Assembly (NCBI GenBank): GCA_043821365.1
Contig: JBDRCX010000006.1
Span: 320,001-384,000 of the forward strand
Source of the DNA: Candidatus Micrarchaeota archaeon
GTDB taxonomy: Archaea; Micrarchaeota; Micrarchaeia; Anstonellales; Bilamarchaeaceae
Direction of reading: 5' to 3'
Length of the DNA stretch: 64,000 bases
The notes under the pieces were generated by a model. It was not told the origin of the DNA and did not search any database. It saw nothing but the letters and a program-made list of their open reading frames with translations. The position numbers and the translations under genes were made by a program. Positions 7,940 through 16,843 of the stretch are shown here, one piece after another. Numbering within the stretch: position 1 is the first letter of the stretch; every line of letters begins with the position of its first letter.

Positions 7940-9052
7940 ATGGCTTTTAGATTCCAAGACCCACAACAAATTTCTACTTTCCTAAGCACTGATAGGTCTG
8001 GTGTACAATTCACTCCAGAATATTCTCATAGTCATTTTTTCTTTGCAGTTTCTAATAGTTCATACAGAGTCAAAGCAGCTGATCTAATGAGAGAACAGGC
8101 AGCTATTATGCAAGAGATATTTCGCACATCAGGAAAAACAAAATGCACTGTTTTCTACACAAGGGAGTTTAATCCATCAAATTTAATGGATCAATTTTTC
8201 TCTCTTAATCCAGAACTAAAGAAAATGTATGCAAGAGGAAGACTGGAATTCCAACTTATTCCCCATAAGATGAAGATCTGGGCCCAGGACTTTGGTCAGG
8301 GCGCACTAAGAAAAGATGGCAGTTATGAGTTTATGACTGGTATTGAAGTGGATCCAAAAGTCCAAAACATCTCTAGAGCAAATATCAATTCTTTTTATGA
8401 AAAAATCCCAGTAACTCAAATTCCATTAGCTTTTGAAGGTGGAGATGTCGCCACAACTATGCTTGACGGCAAAAAAACAGTGGTGATAGGACCGCAAACT
8501 GCAAATACCACAAGAATTTATTATGAAAGATTAGGGTATAAAATTTCAGACAATGAAATAAAAAAAATTCTGCAACATGCTTTCAATGCTGATAAAATTA
8601 TTCTGCTTGGTTGCGATAATAACACTTACCTAACAATACCCTATATATTCCATCTTGACCAGGCAATTTTCTTTCCAAAAGCAGATGTAGCAGTAATAAT
8701 AGATCCTGATTCTATAACTGATAAAAGAATGCATGATGGGTTAGTTGAATATTCAAGACAATTAGAGGAAGCTGGATTTAAAGTTATAAAAATTCCAAGT
8801 ACTGTTGACCACATCAAAAAATATCAGGCGTATGTCAATTCTATTGCATTGACATCTGATACTGTCAAAATACTAATGCCAAGCTTTGGCGATTCTTTAC
8901 TTGAACAAAAAATCAAGGAAATTCTTGAGTTGAATGGTTTTCAGGTTGTTTTTATTGCAAATACCACCTACCCTGGTCAGGGAAATATACACTGTATAAC
9001 TGGTGGTTTTGCTAGATTAGTTGATGCAATGACCCCTAAAAAAATCGTTTAA
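7940..9052 (+). CDS. Agmatine deiminase / peptidylarginine deiminase-like (pentein) enzyme
   Basis: TPEY, WAQDFG, EGGDV, HLD and GNIHCIT motifs of the amidinotransferase superfamily. Confidence 0.8.
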   Translation: MAFRFQDPQQISTFLSTDRSGVQFTPEYSHSHFFFAVSNSSYRVKAADLMREQAAIMQEIFRTSGKTKCTVFYTREFNPSNLMDQFFSLNPELKKMYARGRLEFQLIPHKMKIWAQDFGQGALRKDGSYEFMTGIEVDPKVQNISRANINSFYEKIPVTQIPLAFEGGDVATTMLDGKKTVVIGPQTANTTRIYYERLGYKISDNEIKKILQHAFNADKIILLGCDNNTYLTIPYIFHLDQAIFFPKADVAVIIDPDSITDKRMHDGLVEYSRQLEEAGFKVIKIPSTVDHIKKYQAYVNSIALTSDTVKILMPSFGDSLLEQKIKEILELNGFQVVFIANTTYPGQGNIHCITGGFARLVDAMTPKKIV

Positions 9053-9393
9053 CCCATTGCAGCAACTGCCAATTTTCTATCTTTATTTGTTGGCCATTTA
9101 TATTCCCACCAAGTCCACAATGCACCTGATGCAACTGCTTCATCATTTGAAAAAAGTAGTTCAACTGCTTTTTTGTATTTTTTTCCATCCAGAAAAACTT
9201 TTGTGAGTTCAGAAGAAGCAGCATATCTTTGTTTGGGATCATTGCTTTTGAGCATTTCTTGCCTGCTTGATAGTTGTCCTATTTGGCTGCCATTAACATG
9301 ACTAATCATTGGTTTGATATCTTTAAAAGTGCCACATGCAGTTATTGCTACAAAACCCAAAGCAGCCATTCTTAATTTTTGCATACACTTCAT
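9049..9393 (-). CDS. Putative lipoprotein with short HEAT-like repeat
   Basis: Signal ending ITAC; helical RYAASSEL...ELLFSNDEAVASGAL segment. Confidence 0.55.
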   Translation of the reverse strand: MKCMQKLRMAALGFVAITACGTFKDIKPMISHVNGSQIGQLSSRQEMLKSNDPKQRYAASSELTKVFLDGKKYKKAVELLFSNDEAVASGALWTWWEYKWPTNKDRKLAVAAMG

Positions 9394-9428
9394 CTATTAT
9401 ATATTATACTTTAATTTGGTTTACTCTT

Positions 9429-10997
9429 TTAAACAAAATCAAATTTATCAACATCAAAAACTCCCTTATCTGAAATTTTCAAATGCGGCAAAACTAACAA
9501 TCCCATAAATGAAAGTGTCATGAATGGCGAATGCATTTTACAACCTAATTTTTTCACTATTTTTGTAAGTTTTTCGTATTTTTCTGCAACTTTCTCTCCG
9601 TTTTCATCTGTCATCAATCCTGCAAAAGGTAATCTTAGTACATACTTTTGTTTGCCATCATAAACAACAAGTCCGCCTTTTGCCATTATAATCTCATTTG
9701 CAACTTTGCAAATTGATTCATCATCAGTACCAACAATCCCTATGTTATGCGAATCATGCATTACACTTGAACCAAAAGCACCTTTTTTCATCCCAAATTT
9801 TTTTACAAAACCAATCGCTGGTTTTGTTTTTTTATAGCGATTTATTATGACTATTTTTAGAATGTCTTTTTTCAAGTTTATTCTATTTGTTTCCCTTAGT
9901 TTGTTAGTGATCAAACTCCCATCTATGGCTTCAATTACTGGAAGCTGTTTTGCAATTTTTAAATCATTGATTGTAATTTTCTTTGCTGAAAATTTGTTTA
10001 TTTTATTCTCTTTTATTCTTTTCATTTTTACTTTCCCATGTTTGTAAATTTGTTTTCCATTGATCCATGTTTCCTTTACATTAAAATTTTTCAAATTATT
10101 AACAATAATAAAATCAGAATTATCGTCTTCTCTCAAAAGTCCACAGTCCAAACCATAATGTTCAACTGGATTTTTTGTTGCACTTTTTATTGCTGTTATC
10201 GGGTCAATCCCAAGTTTAACGCATTTTTCAAGAATTTTATTTATATGGCCTTTAAATAAATCATCTGGGTGGCTATCGTCTGTACACAACATACATTTTC
10301 CAGTTTTAAGAATTGGATAAATCTCATCTAAGTTCTTTGCTGCTGATCCTTCTCGTACAATAATTTTCATCCCTTTTTTCATTTTCTCTTTTGCTTCATT
10401 TAACATATAGCATTCATGATCCGTTTCTATGCCTGCAGAAATATATCTGTCCAAATCCGTTCCAACTAATCCTGGTGCATGCCCATCAATTCTTTTTGAA
10501 TATTTTTTAGCAATTTTTATTTTTTCCATAATTTCTGGATCGCGATTGATTACACCCGGGTAATTCATTACCTCAGCAAGGAATTTTATTTCATTCTTTT
10601 TCAATAATTTTTCTATTTCTTTTTTTCCAAGTTTTGCTCCGTTAGTTTCAAAACCAGTTGCTGGGACACAAGAAGATGCACCGAAATAGAATTTCAACGG
10701 AACTTTTTTTGCATTTTTTATCATGAAATTAATCCCATTGATTCCACAAACATTTGCTATTTCATGTGGGTCTGCAACAACTGCAACTGTGCCTTGTTTG
10801 ATTGCTAATCTTGCAAACTCGCTTGGAATCAACATCGAACTTTCAGTATGCACATGCGCATTGACTAACCCCGGGAGGATATACCTTTTTGGAGCCTTTC
10901 CAATTCTTTTTATTTTTCTTATTTTTTTATCAAAAGTGATCTCAACAGAATAAATTTTTTCCTGGAAAACATCAACCATATGTCCAATTATCTTCAT
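9429..10997 (-). CDS. ade: Adenine deaminase
   Basis: PGLVNAHVHTESSM, DPHEIANV, LAEVMNYPG, IDGHAPG, DHEC and HDSHNI motifs. Confidence 0.96.
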   Translation of the reverse strand: MKIIGHMVDVFQEKIYSVEITFDKKIRKIKRIGKAPKRYILPGLVNAHVHTESSMLIPSEFARLAIKQGTVAVVADPHEIANVCGINGINFMIKNAKKVPLKFYFGASSCVPATGFETNGAKLGKKEIEKLLKKNEIKFLAEVMNYPGVINRDPEIMEKIKIAKKYSKRIDGHAPGLVGTDLDRYISAGIETDHECYMLNEAKEKMKKGMKIIVREGSAAKNLDEIYPILKTGKCMLCTDDSHPDDLFKGHINKILEKCVKLGIDPITAIKSATKNPVEHYGLDCGLLREDDNSDFIIVNNLKNFNVKETWINGKQIYKHGKVKMKRIKENKINKFSAKKITINDLKIAKQLPVIEAIDGSLITNKLRETNRINLKKDILKIVIINRYKKTKPAIGFVKKFGMKKGAFGSSVMHDSHNIGIVGTDDESICKVANEIIMAKGGLVVYDGKQKYVLRLPFAGLMTDENGEKVAEKYEKLTKIVKKLGCKMHSPFMTLSFMGLLVLPHLKISDKGVFDVDKFDFV

Positions 10998-11145
10998 GTC
11001 TGTCTATCATTTACTATGTTTAAATTTTTTTGTTAAATTTTAGTCAGTATAGCATTATTACTGGGATCAAGCCCCCTGAACTAAATAAATCTGATTTATA
11101 AACATATTGTTTCAAATAGTATAAAGTAGTGTGGGAGGATTAGTT

Positions 11146-14100
11146 ATGGGTGGGCCAAGATTAACTAGATCAGAAGACAAACATTTATATTCTCATTCTG
11201 AGAGGTGTAGACCAGGCCATGGAAGCAATGTTTTCAGGCGTTATTTTGGTATTGGATTAACATCCTTATTGTTATTTGGAGGTATTAATATGGCTACTAC
11301 TGTTAGACCGGCTGCGGCTCAGGAACATAAAGAGGATCAACGTATAACTCAAGCTAAAGAACAATTGGCAGGAGCAATTTCTGCAATTGGCAGTTCTTTT
11401 TCTCAATCTAGAGATTTTGGCATTCCAAATCCATCAGTAAATGCTTCAAGTAGATTAGTTAGTGGTGAAGAAGGTTTAGTTACTCTTCTTGCTCAACATA
11501 ATGGAAGATTAAGACAAATGACTGGTGGGGTAGATGTTTTCCCAGTTACTGGTTCTACCTCTGAAGAACAATTTGTGTCATTAAATGCTTGGCTTGGAAA
11601 AGAGCACAAAGCATGTCCTGATTGTACTGTTTCACCTGCTATGGAAGGACGAACAGCAACAAGTCCTATTGATCAGGCAACACTTGATGTTATTAATACA
11701 AGAATTCAAAGCGCACTGACTACTCCAGGTGCATTTTCTGCTGCAGCTGCTGTAGCTGCTGTAACTACAGTTCATAGACCAGCAGGAGAAGAAACCCGTA
11801 CAGAAAGATTACCTGCAGACATTGTACCAAAACCAATTATTAGTGATGCGTTATATACTGGAGTTGTTTCAGAGCTTGATTTGATTATTGAAAATCCAGA
11901 ATCAACTCCAGTGGGACATGAAGCTTTACGCCACAGAGAAAAACTTGCAACACTTAAAGCTGGTGGCGAAGCAAAACAAGATGATTTACGTGTTGCTTAC
12001 AGGGCAGCCAAAGTTTTTTCAGTTGCGCATATTGATGCATCAACACGACTTAGGGATGATGCATTGGCTGCAGAAAGAGAAGCCGCAAGACTAGAAGCAG
12101 AGAGAGCAAGAGTTCCACCTGCAGAAAGAGAAGCACAAGCGTATCATCATTCTATGGTTACAAAGGCACTAGAAATAGCATCACAATCAACTGCTATCTT
12201 GGGTTCTTATAAGCCAACTGAACCAGGTGTCCGTGCTGCTTATGATAAAATGACTGAAAGACTTAATGCGCTTTCACAACAATGTACTTCTTTACAAGGA
12301 AAACCAAAAGTAACATTTGAAGAAGCAAATGAAGTTTATACTCAAACATTGTTGGCTGCGGATGCAGTTGCAACAATGGATATTTTGATGAAATATGCAA
12401 GTGTAAATGGATTGGCGGGTCTTTCTGGCCGTCCAGCTACTGAATTCTGGAAATCCTATACTGGTCTTGTAAGTTTAATTGGAAAAGAAGGCACAACCGA
12501 ATCACAATATGATGATGCTGTTGCTGGTCTGTATTCTGAGGTTTCAGGTAAATTAACAACAACTATTTCTTCTGACATTCGAAGTTCTGTAGAAGCAATT
12601 GCTCGTCTTCGTATAAGAAAAGCAGGGTTCTATTTTGAGCGTGCCAGAGTTACAATGACAGCAGGAGAAACACTATCATTGGAATCTACTCAACTTATGT
12701 TGGATCAAGCAATGCGCGCAGTTGAAGATTCCGGAGCTACTGTTCCAAATGAAATGTTGGAATTATCAAAACAATGGCGTGCATCATCTACTGATCCAGT
12801 GCTTTTGTACTCACTTGCACATAGTTTAATTTCAATTCGTGAAGCAGAATTATGGACATCTGATAAAACAGCATCTATGCGTCCATCTACAACTGATCCA
12901 GCCACTCTTCAAGCTGCAAGAACAAGAGTTGAACTTGCAAAACAAGCATTTATGTGGAACTTTAGCAAACCACAATTAGATCCAACTTATTATCTAAACA
13001 TGTCAACTGCATTGGCAGATGATGCAATCCACATGGTTGTTCCTGCACTAAGATTTACTGAAGGTTCTGCAGGAGTTAAATCTGGTTTTGAATATAATAA
13101 TACTGGTCCAGGAATGCCAAATCAATTTGATTCTGCAATGTTAGTTGAAAGAAGCCATCTTGTGGTATTAGCTGCAGTTAGAGATCTTGATCTAAGAAGT
13201 GCAATACAACTTCATTCAGCAAAACAAGATACACGTGGTGACTATGCTCTGCCAGGTTTATTCTCAAGATTAACAACAGCAGAACGATTAGCAACAGGGT
13301 TGCCAACATTTGATCAATCAAAAGGCAGAGTTTATCTTCTTGGTGCTGATCCAGACTTGAATATGAGTGGTGCTGTTTTACATGATGCACCTGGGTTTGA
13401 TAGATATGGTTTAGGTTATTCAGTTGCAAGAAGGGAAGCAGTTCTCACTGCCAATGCAAGTTCACCATATCTACTGAGGAGTTCTGGGTTTTTAAGTGAA
13501 CTTAATATCACAACTGGTCAATTTGTTAGTGGCCAGATAACAGGACAACAATTACTCACAACTGTAGCTGATAAAAGAATTGCAGAATTAGAAGCAAGGC
13601 TTGGCACAGTTCTTGAAAGAAATATAACCATCGCAGAACTTCCTAATCGTAATCCAGGTGAGGAAAGAGTTTACTATGTTACTAGAGCTAAAGAAGCACT
13701 TGAACAGGCCAGAACATTAAGAGGCCAGACTGATCTAGTATCATTACAAAGATCAATTGAAGTTGCTGAACTTGGACTTGAAGGTCTTTCAACTGCTCAC
13801 CTCACAGGGTTAGTTCCAGAACAGTCATTGGAATTTCCATGCGAAGTTACAGCTCTTGATACAAGGAGACTGGGTCCTGCTATCTATATGATTGCACATG
13901 CAGATGTTTCTGTAAACGTAGATGGTTCAGTCCAATCATTGGCTGAATATGAAAGAGTTGAAGGAAAACAAAGACTCCTTTACAGCTGGCAATTTTATAC
14001 AAACCCTGGTTTTGATAGTAACTATTACCTCGTTAATCCAAAATATGGAGCTGAACGTGAACCTGAATTCATTGGTAGGGTTGTTCGTGGAATGGAATTT

Positions 14101-14400
14101 AGTGATGGGACAACAGGTGATGCTGTTGTTGCTATAAGACAAATTGAGAATCGTTGGGTTGATGTAACTGCAGCAGATGGAACAACCCTAGTTATGTACA
14201 GATTACAAAAAACTCCTGAACCTTCACCAGGAACAATAGCTGCTGAAAGTTTCAGAGCTGTTGATGAGGGAGAAGGCAGCATCATGGATGTTTTAGATGC
14301 GGTTTCAGTTAAAACTGCAATTCCAGATGGAGTTGTTAGATTCAAAGGATTTGAAAGTTCTAAGACCAATGCAGGTCTTGTGATTACAAAAATTAAATAA
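11146..14400 (+). CDS. Large exported protein (helical N-half, beta-rich middle)
   Basis: GGAGG SD; long basic n-region with FRRYF, hydrophobic core and AAA|QE cleavage-like site; no recognised family. Confidence 0.8.
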   Translation: MGGPRLTRSEDKHLYSHSERCRPGHGSNVFRRYFGIGLTSLLLFGGINMATTVRPAAAQEHKEDQRITQAKEQLAGAISAIGSSFSQSRDFGIPNPSVNASSRLVSGEEGLVTLLAQHNGRLRQMTGGVDVFPVTGSTSEEQFVSLNAWLGKEHKACPDCTVSPAMEGRTATSPIDQATLDVINTRIQSALTTPGAFSAAAAVAAVTTVHRPAGEETRTERLPADIVPKPIISDALYTGVVSELDLIIENPESTPVGHEALRHREKLATLKAGGEAKQDDLRVAYRAAKVFSVAHIDASTRLRDDALAAEREAARLEAERARVPPAEREAQAYHHSMVTKALEIASQSTAILGSYKPTEPGVRAAYDKMTERLNALSQQCTSLQGKPKVTFEEANEVYTQTLLAADAVATMDILMKYASVNGLAGLSGRPATEFWKSYTGLVSLIGKEGTTESQYDDAVAGLYSEVSGKLTTTISSDIRSSVEAIARLRIRKAGFYFERARVTMTAGETLSLESTQLMLDQAMRAVEDSGATVPNEMLELSKQWRASSTDPVLLYSLAHSLISIREAELWTSDKTASMRPSTTDPATLQAARTRVELAKQAFMWNFSKPQLDPTYYLNMSTALADDAIHMVVPALRFTEGSAGVKSGFEYNNTGPGMPNQFDSAMLVERSHLVVLAAVRDLDLRSAIQLHSAKQDTRGDYALPGLFSRLTTAERLATGLPTFDQSKGRVYLLGADPDLNMSGAVLHDAPGFDRYGLGYSVARREAVLTANASSPYLLRSSGFLSELNITTGQFVSGQITGQQLLTTVADKRIAELEARLGTVLERNITIAELPNRNPGEERVYYVTRAKEALEQARTLRGQTDLVSLQRSIEVAELGLEGLSTAHLTGLVPEQSLEFPCEVTALDTRRLGPAIYMIAHADVSVNVDGSVQSLAEYERVEGKQRLLYSWQFYTNPGFDSNYYLVNPKYGAEREPEFIGRVVRGMEFSDGTTGDAVVAIRQIENRWVDVTAADGTTLVMYRLQKTPEPSPGTIAAESFRAVDEGEGSIMDVLDAVSVKTAIPDGVVRFKGFESSKTNAGLVITKIK

Positions 14401-14410
14401 GGGTGGAAAA

Positions 14411-14596
14411 ATGAGATGTACAAGAGAATCGGAGGGAAGGAAACCTGAATCTGTTAGTCAACGAAATCCAGCAATTAAATTTGCAGCTGCAGCAGCACGC
14501 GGATTGGTTTTAACAACTGGATTCGGTTTAACTCTTGTTGCGTCACCGGGACAATTTATTAATTCTGGCGTCCCAATACCATTAGCATTCACGTGA
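14411..14596 (+). CDS. 61-aa signal-peptide-like/membrane peptide
   Basis: GGGTGG SD-like sequence; charged N-half then hydrophobic stretch; fits tightly between two large genes. Confidence 0.55.
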   Translation: MRCTRESEGRKPESVSQRNPAIKFAAAAARGLVLTTGFGLTLVASPGQFINSGVPIPLAFT

Positions 14597-14607
14597 GGTG
14601 ACTAAAT

Positions 14608-16842
14608 ATGGCACAAACGCAACAAGATAGGGGTATGGTTAGTGGAAACAGTGATTTTAGCGCTATAACTAGCCAGTGGAAACATTCTACTTCAAGGAGT
14701 GAAGATCCTGGAATTGTATTAAATGGTGGGTCAATTTTTGCACGAGCAGCAAACTTTGTAGTTATACATGACATGATTAAATTTTTAGAAGGCCCAAGGC
14801 CAAAAGAAGGAACCCCTGAAAGGGCAACCTATGATGAAGCAATTCAAGGAATAGGTGGTGGGGAAAAAGAAACAACAATTTGGATGTTGAAGAAAATGCA
14901 CGGTGTCATCCTAATTGATCTTTCTAGAGCTGTTCATTCAAGACAGGATCTTGCAGATGAAAATCTTGCCGAATCAACCGAAAGAGTTTTGTTAGATCTT
15001 TCTAAAGGAGTTGGTACTCTTGATCAAAATTATGCTGAATATCTTCAAACTGATGTTTATCAATCAATAGCTAGATTATATGAGAGTTTAAGTAGAACAT
15101 CAAGTGCTGAAGATGCGCCATTAGCTAGACGATCACTTGGTGTTGCAGAATCTCCAGTTTATAGAAGATACCCAGATACAGATCAAAGAAGAGTTGTGTT
15201 CGAAAGAGTTTCTGAACAACAACCTGGATTTTATGGGAATGCTAGTTTATCTGATTCACTTGTTTCTGCCTTTGGTGGTAATCAGGATCAAGCAAACCAA
15301 TTTTTAGAATCTGTTCTCAAAGGCTACAAAGCAATTGCACTGGGTGAAAGCACTTCTCAAGCAGTTAGTGGTCTTCAAACAGCATTAGCCAATCTAAAAG
15401 CATCTGGTTCAAGGATTGCAGATGATCCTGCATTTAAAGCAGCTGAACAAGCACTTTCAAACGGAGATCTGAAAGGAGCGTTACAGAGTCTTTATGATAT
15501 TCGTCCACTTCAAGGTTTGTGGCAGAACTTAGACAAGTTTACTGTCGTTACGATGGACAATCTTGCTTTTACATATCTTGATGTTAGGGGTATGGTTGAA
15601 ATAAAAATCAGAGGAAAAGAAGGAGGCCCTACTCCTGAAGAATTATTTGAGAGGGCAAGAGCACAACTAAACCCAACAAGCACTGAATTTTTTGGTTTCA
15701 CGAAAATACGTTTTGGTGCCCATTACAAACTAAATCAATACTATGGAAGAGCTGATACTTATGAACTAAATCCATCAACTGCAGAGTTGACTAGGGTTTC
15801 ATCCGATCCTTTGAGTGGTCTTGGGCATGTTATAACTGCTCCATTTGAAGCCTACATGTCAGGTATAGTGAAAGGTATGCCATATCATATTGTACTTTAT
15901 ACAGAGCCAGGAGTTGAAACATGGAAACTTGATGAAGCAAGTATCAGAACAATTGATTCTTCGGGACAAACAGCCATCCAAAAAATAAAACTCGATGATA
16001 CTAATTTCCATTTAGGTCCAACTGGTCTTGAATTCCAAATGCCGGGTACTGGCGAAAGAAGGCTATTCAGCGTTCAAAGTGTTGGTCTTGAATTCACTGG
16101 TTCAAGTGCAAGATCTCATTTTGTTGATCAAGTGATTTTGTATACTAGACTCGAAGGTACTGCATATGAATCAGGGGGGTTTGCTATTATGGGAAGAGCC
16201 AGAGTTAGTGCGGCACTGAATGTAGGAAGTACAATTGAAGAAAAGCCATCTGGAGCATTTACAATAAGAGGAGAGCCAGTTAACTTCGTCATTAGTAATA
16301 ACGACGGTACTTTCCTTGTTGGTCCAGTTGCTGATGCAACCTACGAAATTACTGGAAGTGAAGCATATAGACACATGGTCCATTGGGGTGCAGGTGCACA
16401 CTTTGCATGGGTTGAGCCAAAATATGGAGTTCAACTAGGTGCAGGATTTGGTTATGGTAGAGTTGGCGAATTGGGTCCATCTCCACATGGTGGATTTACT
16501 GGTTCATTGAATGTTACTGTGCCATTTGGTGGAGGTAGAACTGCTCCAGCCAAAGCAGTAGAAGCACGAGATATCCCAGCAATCTATGGAACTGCAGTTG
16601 AATTTGCAGCACAACCAGAAGCATTGGTTAATGGCCCAGCTGGCCAAGCTCTTGCGCAACAAACAGCAGCAATGATCGATAGAAATCTTGCTGATTCAAG
16701 TGATGCAGAGCGTATACGTACTGATGTTGACTACAAGGCTGCAATAATTGCATTAAGAGAAGGTGATCTTGAGTCAGGAGTAACTTTGTTAAGAAAAGTT
16801 GCTGAAAAATACCCGACTGTTTTCACCAAAGCAGGTGAATGA
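14608..16842 (+). CDS. Hypothetical protein with TPR-like helices and a beta-barrel-like C-terminal region
   Basis: GGTGA SD; amphipathic strands such as MVHWGAGAHFAW, VQLGAGFGYGRV and FTGSLNVTVPF; TPR-like YKAAIIALREGDLESGVTLLRKVAEKYP. Confidence 0.75.
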   Translation: MAQTQQDRGMVSGNSDFSAITSQWKHSTSRSEDPGIVLNGGSIFARAANFVVIHDMIKFLEGPRPKEGTPERATYDEAIQGIGGGEKETTIWMLKKMHGVILIDLSRAVHSRQDLADENLAESTERVLLDLSKGVGTLDQNYAEYLQTDVYQSIARLYESLSRTSSAEDAPLARRSLGVAESPVYRRYPDTDQRRVVFERVSEQQPGFYGNASLSDSLVSAFGGNQDQANQFLESVLKGYKAIALGESTSQAVSGLQTALANLKASGSRIADDPAFKAAEQALSNGDLKGALQSLYDIRPLQGLWQNLDKFTVVTMDNLAFTYLDVRGMVEIKIRGKEGGPTPEELFERARAQLNPTSTEFFGFTKIRFGAHYKLNQYYGRADTYELNPSTAELTRVSSDPLSGLGHVITAPFEAYMSGIVKGMPYHIVLYTEPGVETWKLDEASIRTIDSSGQTAIQKIKLDDTNFHLGPTGLEFQMPGTGERRLFSVQSVGLEFTGSSARSHFVDQVILYTRLEGTAYESGGFAIMGRARVSAALNVGSTIEEKPSGAFTIRGEPVNFVISNNDGTFLVGPVADATYEITGSEAYRHMVHWGAGAHFAWVEPKYGVQLGAGFGYGRVGELGPSPHGGFTGSLNVTVPFGGGRTAPAKAVEARDIPAIYGTAVEFAAQPEALVNGPAGQALAQQTAAMIDRNLADSSDAERIRTDVDYKAAIIALREGDLESGVTLLRKVAEKYPTVFTKAGE

Positions 16843-16843
16843 T

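Noticed and set aside
11107-11114. TTGTTTCA half-site upstream of the exported-protein operon
   Set aside because: Single AT-rich 8-mer without the inverted partner; expected by chance
14411-16842. Single gene interrupted by a frameshift error
   Set aside because: In-frame TGA at 14599 upstream of ATG 14608 and a dedicated GGTGA SD argue for two genes
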